Positions 41,103 to 52,757 of a stretch of 64,000 nucleotides of DNA are shown one piece after another. Numbering within the stretch: position 1 is the stretch's first letter; the number at the start of each line of letters is the position of its first letter. The notes under the pieces were generated by a model. The model was not told the DNA's origin. It ran no database searches and saw nothing but the letters and a program-made list of their open reading frames with translations. This DNA comes from Phoronis australis (lineage: Eukaryota > Animalia > Phoronida). The translations under genes were made by a program, and so were the position numbers. The DNA is taken from the NCBI GenBank assembly GCA_002633005.1, contig NMRA01000518.1:1-64000 (forward strand), in the 5' to 3' direction.

Positions 41103-41205
41103 GATTGTCCTGAGGGCTCCACAGATTTCCGAAGTTTACAGTGCGCGGAGTTCAATAGTTTGGCTTTTACTGGCAAATTCTATAAATGGACTCCCTACTA
41201 TGAAG
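41103..41205 (+). CDS. PAPLN: Papilin-like exon: ADAMTS Cys-rich domain, part 1
   Basis: DCPEGSTDFRSLQCAEFNSLAFTGKFYKWTPYYE; TTTCAG acceptor, GTAAGC donor, phase 0 to 1. Confidence 0.93.
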
Positions 41206-41927
41206 GTAAGCTGGATTTTGAGTAGGAAAACTGCAAAACAAAAATCCTTTAATTTCTGCACAAATTATCAAGACCTTTGTTATCCATTGCATTGAGGTTG
41301 ACATTCAAAGTCGTATGAATTCTGAAAAAAAAATGCTAAAACATATGGAGAGGAAATTGGAAGTTTTTTTAATGTGGTGGACATTCCTAATTTTACTCAA
41401 TTACTGGCACACTAATGACAAACTGGAACCGTGACTGATTGCCTCTGTAACTAGTTTTTCAGCTACAAGCGTGCTTTGTTGTCCCCCACTCTCTGCAGGT
41501 CTGTAGGTCCATCTTTCTATCCGTCTGTCCTCACCTCACAGCTTAAGATTTTCATTACTTTTTGTTGTACTGAGGTGTAGGTGGGGACAACTTCAAGTGT
41601 CAGGCGTGGCTAACTCATATGGAAAACATCAAGACTGAATTGATTACTTGGCAAAATCTTGGGTAATTCTTGGGGCCTACAGTTTTTGGCCGAATTCTAA
41701 ACTAGTGTTGTAACTGGTGATTGTTCAAATTTGTCTTTGTGGAGTGGTCCATTGAGTGACTTTTGAAATTTGAAATTTAGATAGATTTTGAGCACTTCAT
41801 CCATTTGTTGAGTAATTTGAGATTTGTGGGCCACAGTTCTTTTGTTGATTGATCATCTTTTGCTTTCTTGTTAATTTTTGTCTGATTGACGTATTTCCTC
41901 CCCTCATATATCTCGATAATTTGAAGT

Positions 41928-42192
41928 CTATGGCAGAACATTTACGTAGTCAGCGCAGTTGTAATAAACGGATTCCCCTGCTCCATTGTTCAGTTTGTCA
42001 TACACTCTACCATCAGTGTTGGGTCGGTCGGGGGTCTCATAGACGGCATCGTTACCACGCGCTGTTGTTGCTGATGTTGGCATAACATGTTGTTGCGTTC
42101 CTAATGCCCGTTGTTGTATGTTGTCATCCTGGCTGTTGTTGGACTTGGTGTTATTGTCAACATTGTCACCACATGGCATGTGCTTGCAGCGT
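41928..42192 (-). CDS. Nested antisense gene, terminal exon: cytoplasmic tail with Tyr motifs
   Basis: CCTTCCAG acceptor whose phase 2 fits the TM exon (FFYR-RCKHMPC...). Contains AVYETP, RVYDKL, SVYYNC and DYVNV, then a stop. Confidence 0.7.
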
Positions 42193-43257
42193 CTGGAAGG
42201 TTGGAGAGCCTTGGTTATGTAACATTCTTATTACAAAGTTTTTATTTGTCAGGCCATAAATGTATACATTTGCCTTATTCTGCTTTATTCAGACTAAGGG
42301 GAGGTCATGGAATGCAATCATTCATCTTATTAAATTGAGTGTCATCTACACCACATTTTTGAGTTTTCTTTGAACAAACTGTTTTCTAAACTGCTGAATC
42401 AGCCTTTGGAACTAGTAATCATTCCACTGATTCACTTTTGTTTTCACCAAATGTGTGTAGTGCCCTAACTTCTAAATGAAACGTGAGACACCTGGCTCTA
42501 AGCTGATGCACAAGGATCAAATGTCCAATGTTACACCCAAGAACACCCCCATGGCGTGGTGTTTTTAGTTATGCCTGTGAAATGAACCAGGGAAAATACG
42601 TGGCAAATAGTGTGGAAAAGTGCAAAAATTCAGAATACGGCAATCCTGCCACGCGTATCAAAAAGCAGAACATTCTGATGCTTTGGCAAGATGTGGAACA
42701 GTCGGAAGAATAATGTGATTGTTGTTTCGCATGTATACATTGTTAGTGATGAGAATCACTTACATTTTTATGATTGATGATTGGGCAGTGTTCATAAACC
42801 GATCTTGAGTGTTTTTTCTTGATTATTTTTTTGAAAAGTTTCATTGCGGAAATGAGGAACTCTGGATTTTGACTAGTTTTGTTTTTGCTTGATACTTCTT
42901 GTATCCGTCTGCCCCTGGTTACAATATCCTTACCCGCTTGTGCAGGAAGCCACTCTCTCCGTACATGGCCTTCAACCATGATTTTGGCGCATACCTGCCT
43001 AGGTTTCCGTGCCATCACCAATTATTTTTTGGGCGTTAACCTAAAAAAAGTCTATTGGGACTTGAGAGTCTGGTTTGTTGAGTATTTGCCTAATAAATGA
43101 GGACATGAAACAATAAATTATGATTATAAAAGATTGGATCTTGAATGCTTGTTGTTTTGATATAATTATATTGAAATATTACTATATAGTTTTTCAGAAT
43201 GCCAGTGTGTACCATTACTGTCAAATTTATTGTTTATTATCAAATTATGAATCTTAC

Positions 43258-43342
43258 CTGTAAAAGAAGCCACAGCAAATAATTACGAGGAGAATACACA
43301 CCACGGCAACTAGACCTCCTATGATTCCTCCAGCAACTGTAC
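43258..43342 (-). CDS. Nested antisense gene: transmembrane exon
   Basis: GTVAGGIIGGLVAVVCILLVIICCGFFYR; AACAG acceptor and GTAAGA donor, phase 1 to 2. Confidence 0.8.
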
Positions 43343-43449
43343 CTGTTACAATATTACAATGCCTTAGAATAGGGCTGTAGTGGATAACATGGCGATAGAA
43401 CTCTCTTTTGTCCTGGAGATAAGAAAACGCTTGACCTAGTTTGGAAATC

Positions 43450-43590
43450 GGGCACATTTTCGTGTCTTGCACTGGTGTCGGGAAGGCTTAGAATTTCAGA
43501 TGTACGCATCCACATGTATTTGTCCAGTTTATCAAAGTTTTTCACATCGGAGTTGCAGCCCACAGCACTGCAGTAATACCTAGTTGGCAT
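43450..43590 (-). pseudogene. THAP-domain N-terminal relic (DNA transposon fragment)
   Basis: MPTRYYCSAVGCNS...KYMWM, then after a frameshift LKF*AFPT. This matches the THAP CxxxxC...FxxFP pattern; the C-terminal half is missing. Confidence 0.6.
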
Positions 43591-44341
43591 TGGAGGAACA
43601 TATAGAGTGATGTAACTGCGAAAAACTTGTGAAGAATCAGACAACAACAAATAGCATGTGAAACTTCAGTGACATGAAAATGAGGCAGCAAATGTGCCTG
43701 ACAGATGTTTACGGCATTGTGGGTAAATACAGTGAGATTTGAGTGTTTAATCCGGGACGGCCCTATTAAACTAATGTTTATGTGATCTTATTACACTATC
43801 GCTGATACTACTCTCCTCTGATAGCCAAAAATGCACTGCGGTAACTTCCATTATGAGGTAATGTTGACTGGTCGGCCGTGGAATATCACATTTCATTCAT
43901 GCTACCCGGGCATTAGATATCCCTGTTGGTAATCTGACCAGTCACGGACTGTATAAATCGTGAACTCGTGACCATGTAAACAAAGCTAGCAGACAATGCT
44001 AGTACATCCAAGCAGGTAAGAACATGCCAATGGAGATGAAGAAGTCAGAGGAAAGAAACATCAGTGGTGTATAATGGAACAAAATTATAGATGATTATTT
44101 GGGCATATTGGTCATATGGACCGTGGCAGAGCACTATTTCAAACTTTTCCAGCTAAGTGAAGAATTGTCTTACCCTGTAAACTTAACTTGATATAAACAT
44201 CTAAAGGTGTGACTATAATGAGGATAGACCTATTTATGCATTTGAATTATTTGCATCTAATGTAACTACCACTATGCCCCCTTGTGGCTATTTCAGCGTT
44301 TCATGTTGATTGAGGGGTGCACGTTTGATGATGATTTTCTA

Positions 44342-44838
44342 GGGCCTTTCATACTAATGTCAAAGCGTCGATGGTTTGGGGAGTTGCGGTCAGTATGAAC
44401 GTTTAACTTCGGTCCTGGATCGAAGTTAACAGCTCCAATTAACATCGCAGTTAACAGGTGGATTTAACAGTGCAGCGTCGACGCTGCGGTACAGTGAACG
44501 GTCAACTTCGTTCCCATCGAAGTTATCGCCAGGTGTCACTGTTATCGTCAACAATTAAGGGTAGTGTAGTTGCTCATAGTTGCCTATATTTTGCTCAAAT
44601 AATCTCCAGTTGAATTAAAAATGAGTTTTATGTCAATTAGCACATGTAAATGTTCCCAAATTGTCACATTAAAAGAGATCTTAGCGTGCAGCGCTACCTT
44701 GCGATTACTTGGATGACAACAGCGTCACCTGCCATTTACTTCGATGTTCCTTAACTCCGAAGCCAGTATGAATGGTTTAGTTAACTTCGCAGTAAACGTC
44801 GACGGCTTAGACAGGAGTTAAGTCAGTATGAAAAGGCC
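44342..44838. mobile_element. PIF/Harbinger-like MITE (~500 bp); diverged relative at ~10100-10450
   Basis: TIR GGGCCTTTCATACT / AGTATGAAAAGGCC, with internal palindromes such as TTAACTTCG..CGAAGTTAA and GCAGCGTCGACGCTGC. TSD unclear. Confidence 0.6.
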
Positions 44839-45294
44839 TTCAGACAGGTCGGACTACAATAGCACCCCCTTTTGTCATTTTTTGCTACTTTGAATATCTA
44901 GCAAGCTCTTGGTGTTTCATTTGCAATATACAGTGCCATGTGAGGTGTTTCTAATAGTCCTTCATGCCTGTTTTCATGAATTGACAATTTTTGTGATAAA
45001 TTTAGCTATTCTACGACTGAATTGAATTCTTTTTGTGCAAAAAAATTTAAAATTGCCCATGTGCCAATTGGGTAGGTAGCCCTAGTCTTTACATTGATGA
45101 CAAAAACTGCTGTGCTCTCTGGTACCTGTCTTCATTATTGTCATCATTGCAAATTTTTCAGTTACCTTTAATTTATCCAAGTGTCACCTTCCAGTGTGTT
45201 TCCGTTATTGATTGTCAACTTGCTAAGCATGAAATACACTTATTTAAATGTCATGATTAAATCTGGAAATATTTTTGATGAGTGAGCGACCTAC

Positions 45295-45513
45295 CAATTG
45301 TCCCTTCTGAACCAGGTGTTGAATTTGTTGATCGTCTGGTGGTCACCTCTGGCACACCAGACTTTTTGTTGTCTATGGTGATGAAATGTTCTGTAGGGCT
45401 CTTTTCTGGTGGTTCACTTGTGTGTGAGAGTGTTGGACCTGTTGTAAGGACAACTGGTGTTGGCGTGGTTGATGTTGTCAGGTGATCTTTCATTGTAGTA
45501 CTTGCATGTATCG
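45295..45513 (-). CDS. Nested antisense gene: Thr/Ser/Pro-rich stalk exon
   Basis: TTTCCCTTTCAG acceptor and GTAGGT donor, phase 1 to 1. Encodes IHASTTMKDHLTTSTTPTPVVLTT...NSTPGSEGTI. Confidence 0.75.
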
Positions 45514-45959
45514 CTGAAAGGGAAACTTACACTGTACCTTTAGCCGGGCTTATGATTTCAGAGTGTTGTGCATAACTTCTTCAAAAAAGTCAAAAAACTT
45601 CTATTAGACTGTTATATTCTTTATTTTTGACAGTGTCACAATATCTTACTGCAGTGCTTATGGTGATTACGGGAGGGATGAGGTCCCGCGGCTCCCGTGG
45701 GTCATGACGCTATGAAATGGCGTTGTTAGCTATTTTTGGGCTACAGCAAATGTATGTCCTCCGAAGGTTGTGGTTGGTGTCCCTCACATGTAAATCTATC
45801 AGTAGGCCTACAACACAACAGTAAGATTATTTACAATCATACCAACACTTACCATTGGTCTTGTCCAGCAATCACAAGTCCGTATCCACAAGTTTTAGAG
45901 CTGGCTAAGGTAGAGAACAGAAAAGACCACATTGAATGTGAAAATCTTTCAATGCTTAC

Positions 45960-46277
45960 CAGAATTACATCTATAAAAGATTGTTGCATAAGTTGTCTTG
46001 TTACTTTCCTTGCAATCGTGCAGTAGTTCTGTTCTTTGAGGTACTGTAATGTTGCATGATGTTTTATTTGTGCACTGCTTTTGGAAAATTTTCAAAAAGT
46101 CCTCCATGACCACTCCTCCAAAATGTGGGCTTTTGATACATCCATAACCATTCAGGTCACACACAGTAGGGTGTCTATGCCAACCATAATATATTGAATC
46201 AAATGAAATGATTTTTCCAGCTCTGCACTCTAGTCTGATGCTTCCCTTGTCATGACAGCCATTTGCACGGAAAGTAT
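45960..46277 (-). CDS. Nested antisense gene: SUEL/rhamnose-binding-lectin-like domain exon
   Basis: Eight Cys in SUEL spacing: GCH..IRLECRAGKIISFDSIYYG..C..C..CTNKTSCNITV..DC..YATIFYRC. TTTTTTTCAG acceptor and GTAAGC donor, phase 1 to 1. Confidence 0.8.
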
Positions 46278-49094
46278 CTGAAAAAAAGATTGTCCTCTTG
46301 TCAAGCATTCTTTATCAGTAAACCGCTTTAAGAAAGAAACTCATTAAAAGCACTCAGAGTGTGAATCACATTTTAGGCACGTCTGGACCAAAAGTTGCCT
46401 GTTCCTGCTAGTCCCCGGCCCTATCCAGGCCTCAAATTATGTTTTTTAGAATTTCTTTTTCAAAGTGAATATGACAATTTTCTTGAAAAGTAGGGGCACG
46501 TGGTTTTAAATGATTGTGTGAAGTTCTAAGGCATGAATTAAAACTTTGCAGTCATCGATGATTCAGAAAATAAGCATGCTTTAAGACTTATTTGATAAAA
46601 AGGTGAAAAGACTGTGAAAGTTGACAATTGACGATAGGCATTGACGCTTTGAGTGTGGCTTTTCCTTTAACAACATTACTGCAGAACTTAAAATGTTGTT
46701 TATAGTCTTTTTGCTCAAGAGTTTTATTGTATTTGAACGTATTAATTAAGGATCGTATATACGGGGGGCCACTCCATGGGAGGGATAGGTTGGGATGGTC
46801 TGGGTGCTGGGTGTGCATTTTGGCGTCATCTCGATGGGTAAAAATGAAAAAGTGGTCAGTTGGAAGTTGTCATCGGTTGGATTTGTCTTGGTGGGCATTT
46901 TTCCAGTAGCCATGGTATTGTGTTTTTCTGGAATTTGAATGAGTGGCGACACCCCCTACTTATTGCGCAGCCTTCTGGTATTTTCTCAAAGTTGAATCAG
47001 AGAGGATCAATACAACTTTAAAATTTTGATTGAACGGACATGTTGCTTCACTTACATGGTCTACTTTCTGAACTGAATTGTTAGTGGTTCATTATGTTAG
47101 ATCAAGAAATGGTGAAGTCATTTCAAGAAGATTATTAGAAGCAGTAAGATAATTCTATTGTAACTAATTTTGTTTTCAAATTTGTCAGTTGCAAGCCTAT
47201 ATTAAAATTTCGCCGTGTCTGAATTATATTCAGAGAGAGGAAGTAGGTTGAAGCACTTTACACCTGTTGAATCATTAGTGGTGGATAATAGCAGCAATCA
47301 CTGCCCAGGTGGCCTGTTTTAAGTTCCTCATGTCCAGGATGTCAAGTTTTCTCAGACTGCCTCTTGCTTTTCCTGATCTCCGATCCACTCGTAATTGACA
47401 ACTGAATTATCTGTTACTAGTACATAGGTTTTGAAGTCACCTCCCAGGCTAGTTCAACTGAAATGTTTGCCCGGTATTGTGTGTTGTTCTTCACTCTGCA
47501 GGTAACTTTATGTGGTTAACCTGACCTGGCTATTGTGGATTTGTCCTTATTTTTTTAAAATACGCTTACAGTTTTCTGGTGCAAAAGGAGTATGATACAG
47601 AAAGAAGAACAAATCTGCAGTAGTCTTACCTTGAAATTGTATTGTTAATACAAGTATAATATGCTGCTCATTCTTTCAAATTCAAACATAAATCAACGCT
47701 TTTTTGAACCAGGAAACTGACTCATTGTATGTTCCTAGTTCTTCTTAATCACATTAGTATTCTAAAATTTAAAGCAGTCTACAGCTTTTTGGATGTGAAA
47801 GGATCACAAATGGATGGACTTAACCAGTGACCTTTTAAAAAAGGAGCAGCTGGGACGGTACGGCCAAGGCCAGAAAATGACGACCAAGGGCAGAAAATGA
47901 TGGCGAAGGACCCCATTGTTAAACTAAATGAAAGTGACAATTTCATGTTAGATATTGAATGATCTATCAAACAATTTTATTCAAGCTGAAGCTTTAAGAA
48001 CCAGCAACAGGAATTTGATAAATATGCAATCATAACCCATGATTTTCTGATATTACTTTCTATAATTGCTGTAGCTGTCAAATCTTTCGAACTCAATACT
48101 GTGAAGTTTATATTTTAAAGTGGCCTGGCCGAAAGCTTTGAATTTTGTTCACATTTTCTACCGAGGTATAGGCGGGGCATCTCAAAGCCTTTGAATTTGA
48201 TGATCATGACCTGATTTTCAAAGTCATATTGACAAATTAAAGTATTCAACTTGGAAAATATTGTTGGCATGATACCTCATTTTTCTGAAGTGTAGGTGGG
48301 GATTGTGAAGATGCCAGCTGAATTCAGTGACATTGACTTTGGTTTAAGGTGATAGCAAGTAAATTAAGTGACAAAGTTTTGTTGGTTTGATATCTCTTGT
48401 AGGAAGCTTCACGTTTGGTTGATATTATGCACTGAGTTGTAGGTGGGATAGCCCAGGTACCAGTTGACTTTTGTGATCTTGATCTCATTATCGTCGTAGC
48501 TAGAAATTTAGAGTTTGACCAGGAAAATGCTGTTTGCACAATATTTGAAGATGCAAGCTTTACACCACGTTCATCTTTTTGCCGACATGTAGTTTGAACA
48601 TCTCCAGTGCCCAGTTGCCCGAAACAGTCCAAATAGGGACTCAATTTAACGACCCCTAAATCTTTTGCGTGTTTGTTTCTTTACAAACAGGTGTAATCTT
48701 TTTTGTCATTTTGTTCACATTTTGCACCAAGGCTTAGGTTGGGCATCTTTAGCTTGCAGTGGAGTTTGGTAACCTTGATCTCTCTCATTTTCAAGGTCAT
48801 GGCGAAAAATGTTGAAACTACTTTGCATCATGCATTCTATGAAAGTTTATTTTATCAAGTGAAATTGTCATTTGAACATCTTGGGAGTTGTAATAAAACC
48901 GTTCCTTTCAGATAGATAGATTATGTATTGCTAAGATATTCATGTGTACAAAACATTTGGTCACCTTGCAACAAATGCTTGTTCTAGCTTTGAAGTTGAT
49001 GAACTTGATCCTGAGTGTGGCTTTAGCTGAGAGGTTGGTCAGTGATTTCCTGCAGTCTGTTCATGGCAAATATTGTCACATTCTTTATTTCCAG

Positions 49095-49240
49095 CGGACG
49101 AAGAAGACCGTTGTGCCTTGACATGCGTAGCAGAGGGTGCTGACAATGACATATTTGTGTCCACTCTCAAACCGCAGGTGGTGGATGGGACTCCCTGTAA
49201 CCCTAAAGGTCACGACATCTGTGTGGAGGGCGTGTGCAGG
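49095..49240 (+). CDS. PAPLN: Papilin-like exon: ADAMTS Cys-rich, part 2
   Basis: DRCALTCVAEG...VVDGTPC...DICVEGVCR; phase 1 to 0. Confidence 0.95.
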
Positions 49241-50182
49241 GTGAGTCCTCTAGTGTTAGTGCTAAATGCATCTTCAAAATAGCTGATGTCAGCAAAAAGA
49301 AAATAAACTGCTCTGACTACATGTATCTCTGGAAACATGATCGCCCTCGGGAATAAAGATGTCTGGCTATTCTGGTTAGGAAAAGTTATTTTATAGTTAG
49401 TTCCAGAAGCCATGATTTATAATTTTTCACATCTGGCTGCTCTGTTCACTGATCCTTGAATTTTTTCTTTCATGTTTACCTTTATCTGCTTACTCATAAC
49501 ATCATTGCTCAAAGAGATGCCATGATTAACTGAGCAAGATGAATCATGCGGTGCAGATTTCACTGATTTCCAATGTAGTTCACGAATTAAAATTTAATTT
49601 GGTTGTCTAAATTTATTCACCACAGTGCTTGACCTCAGTTGGACTCTGCATTGTTAGTTCAGGCAAAATTGAATCCGATCCCATTGACCTTAGATCATGT
49701 TTTTAGTGAACACCTGAAAAATGTTAAGTCTTGGCTGGGTTTTAATTAGATCCTCATCTCATGAAATTAGTATCAGACCACCAGCCAGTGCATTACTTTC
49801 TGTGCTGGTTTACCACCATCATGGGGATACAGTCAATGTGACCTTGGTCAGAGTTGAACAAATAATTTTGTATCTGTTTTGGTATTAAACAAATTGTATT
49901 AAAGTGTATCTGTTGTTACTTTGTAACATTGCACGGCTGTGATACATGCCTGCTAAGAATCTCCCATTAATTTAATCACTTTGCATCATACACTTCTAAT
50001 AGTCATCAATGGCATACCATTGGATATACTTCTTATTAAAAACACACTTTTATGCTATCTTGCTTATTGATATTGCATATGACTTCAGGTATAGTCTCTT
50101 TCCTGCTGCTGAATTTAACCATTTAGCGAGAATTGAATGGTTTTAGATTTCCATTAATTCAACAAGTTGTACTTGCTTTTAG

Positions 50183-50306
50183 TCTGTGGGGTGTGATGGC
50201 CTCCTTGGCTCTGAAATGAAGGAAGACAAATGTAGAGAGTGTGGTGGTGAGGGCAAGGCTTGTAGGACTCTGACGGGAACTATAGACCTGTCCACTCTCC
50301 CTATTG
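50183..50306 (+). CDS. PAPLN: Papilin-like exon: Cys-rich part 3 / start of spacer
   Basis: SVGCDGLLGSEMKEDKCRECGGEGKACRTLTG; phase 0 to 1. Confidence 0.95.
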
Positions 50307-50757
50307 GTAGGTGTTGGCCATATCAGCTGGGAGGTTTTGTGGTAACAGTGCAGCAGAGATAACGTAGTTTTGGTGCAAAAAAGGTTTGCTGTCATCATAC
50401 AATCAGTGTGGGTTACAGCCTTTGTTGTTTCGTAGATGGTTGGAAATTTTTGTATCATTTTATTTTGTAAGATTTGGTTCTCGAAGTAAAGATCATGTTA
50501 TGGGCTTAACATGTATGTAGAAGAGCTCAGTGTTTCTTTAGACAAACCCTGTTTGACTCATCATTTGATTTGTTTATTATAGATGAATAGCACGACGTGT
50601 TATCAGTTAAAATTTGAAAATGTCACTAAGTTTTAGTGGTGGTCATTGTCGTTCCAATGGTGCAATAATTGCAGCCTCTAAAATGCCACATTGCTTATTA
50701 TATTATTGTTACCGTAATGTTGTTATTGTGCGATTATTATTGAGTCTGCATGTTCAG

Positions 50758-50838
50758 GTTACAACGATATACTGTTCATCCCTGCTGGATCCACACACAT
50801 TCATATACAGGAGAAAAATGGCAGCAGTAACTACTTGG
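50758..50838 (+). CDS. PAPLN: Papilin-like exon: ADAMTS spacer
   Basis: GYNDILFIPAGSTHIHIQEKNGSSNYL; phase 1 to 1. Confidence 0.95.
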
Positions 50839-51635
50839 GTGAGTTGTTCTCATCTACAGAATGATTCAACATTTCTTCTTTTTTGAAGTGTGCTCCTCAC
50901 TTTGCATGGAAGTCTCTTGCTTTACTAAATAAAATTCCACTGTGTCACACTTGTGGAATAACTTTTCCACCTGTAGAAATTGATGCGTTCAGGTGATGTG
51001 AGGTATTTATTGGTGAACAGCTTTCTGTTCTCGGTCTATTCATAAGATGTCAGGGTGCTTTCTTCTTTAAGAGCAAATCACCTTTTGCTTTAAGGTTATG
51101 TAGGACCCTATACAAATGGCCAAATTTGACCGACTTGGGAACATTATATCTCAGAAACTGCTGATTGGATTCATATGAAACTTTCAGATACAATACTTTA
51201 TGCACTGTTCTCAAAATCTGCATAAGGAATTGTTTTTAAAATGTTCCACTTTTGCGTGAGGGCTATCTAAAAATAGTACGTTAATGACTTTCACGAAAAA
51301 CCTTTAAAGTCACATAAAACAAGAATGAAATGGTATTTTTGAAAACTGTAACAGTGTTTTTGATATTTGATCTTGAACATTTATAATAAATTAAATTTGA
51401 TCGTGTGATTGATTCCCTTGTGCCATCTGTGTATCTTTCTAATTTCCTAAATTCTACTAAAAAGACATGACCATGTCACCTAATTAATAACAGATTAATG
51501 AAAAGTTAAACATCAAATTCTAAACTCTTTCTACTTTTGCTGAGTTAAATCTAAGTTGTGTAGGTATTTAGCTATATACACTAACTTGTCGATACATAAC
51601 CTTCATCAAAATAATTTTATTCAATTGTCCTTTAG

Positions 51636-51805
51636 CACTCCGCAACACCAATGGTAGTTATGCTCTCAATGGTAACTGGAAGATCGATTTCCCTCGTGTG
51701 TTTGAATTGGCTGGTACCAACTTTCACTACCAGAGGGGACTCAAAGTCTACTCAGCCGAATCCATCACGGGTCTCGGGCCTACGACAGAGCCATTGTTTG
51801 TAGCG
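51636..51805 (+). CDS. PAPLN: Papilin-like exon: ADAMTS spacer
   Basis: ALRNTNGSYALNGNWKIDFPRVFELAGTNFHYQR...GPTTEPLFVA; phase 1 to 0. Confidence 0.95.
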
Positions 51806-51876
51806 GTAAGTGAATGAGATGTCATAATGGAAAGGGTTTATTGGCATTGGCTCTTACTCCAGGTTTTGTCACAGTA

Positions 51877-51925
51877 GAGTTGTTATGAGTTGTTATGAGT
51901 TGTTATGAGTTGTTATGAGTTGTTA
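51877..51925. repeat. 10-bp tandem repeat (GAGTTGTTAT) x5
   Basis: Read directly. Confidence 0.95.
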
Positions 51926-52191
51926 CAAATGAAAACTAGGTGGATGTGCAAGAGTATAACTTATTAAAAAATTGAAAAAGCATGACGGGTTTTATCAGTG
52001 AAAAGATGACCTAATCAGGGGATAATATGAGATATCGAAGAGTCACTTTCCTTCAACAACTTCATTGGCAGGACTGAATATTTATTATTTATTATTGTTC
52101 GTATTCAACTGATAGATTTTCTTGTTGATTGTGTTAGTAATGTACAGGAAAAGGTGGCGATTGTTAAATTTCTTGTGCAAATATGTTACAG

Positions 52192-52324
52192 TTAGTTGTA
52201 CAAGATCGTAACCTGGGCATCGACTACGAATACTCCCTCCCTCTGTCAATCGGCGCTACTTCCATTGGAAGTTACAAGTGGACGACAGGTGATTGGTCAG
52301 AATGTTCTACGCATTGTGGTAAAG
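52192..52324 (+). CDS. PAPLN: Papilin-like exon: end of spacer and start of TSP1 repeat 2
   Basis: LVVQDRNLGIDYEYSLP...YKWTTGDWSECSTHCGK; phase 0 to 1. Confidence 0.93.
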
Positions 52325-52630
52325 GTAAGTCACACACTGTGCTCCACTGAAACCACTGTGATTTTTTGGAAATGTTTAGCATCTCCCGAGTTCTCTATAA
52401 ACATAGGATGTTATTACTGAAATGCCCTTAATACTAAAAGAAGTGTTGGAACAAAATAAACAGAATCTGAAGAAGAGCCCCTTGTTGCGTCTGTGGATTT
52501 TCTCCCCAAGTTTCTTGTTTCTGCCTGTCATGTGCCCTTTTTGAATTTTTGGAAATGCTGAGATATTCTGTTAATCATGTTTATGTGACAGGATCAAAAC
52601 ACAGCATCTCTGTAACTTTGTTACTTGCAG

Positions 52631-52757
52631 GTTCACAGACGAGGGAGGTTGCATGTGTAAGTAGGGATGGCTTGAAGACGGTGTCTGACCACCTGTGTGA
52701 CGTCTTGAGTAAACCTGAGAAGGAGAAGGAGTGCAAGGGAACAAGTTGCAAACCAAG
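52631..52757 (+). CDS. PAPLN: Papilin-like exon: TSP1 repeat 2
   Basis: GSQTREVACVSRDG...CKGTSCKP; phase 1 to 2. Confidence 0.93.

Noticed and set aside
45125-45222. Additional exon of the nested gene
   Set aside because: Both candidate acceptors give an immediate in-frame stop.
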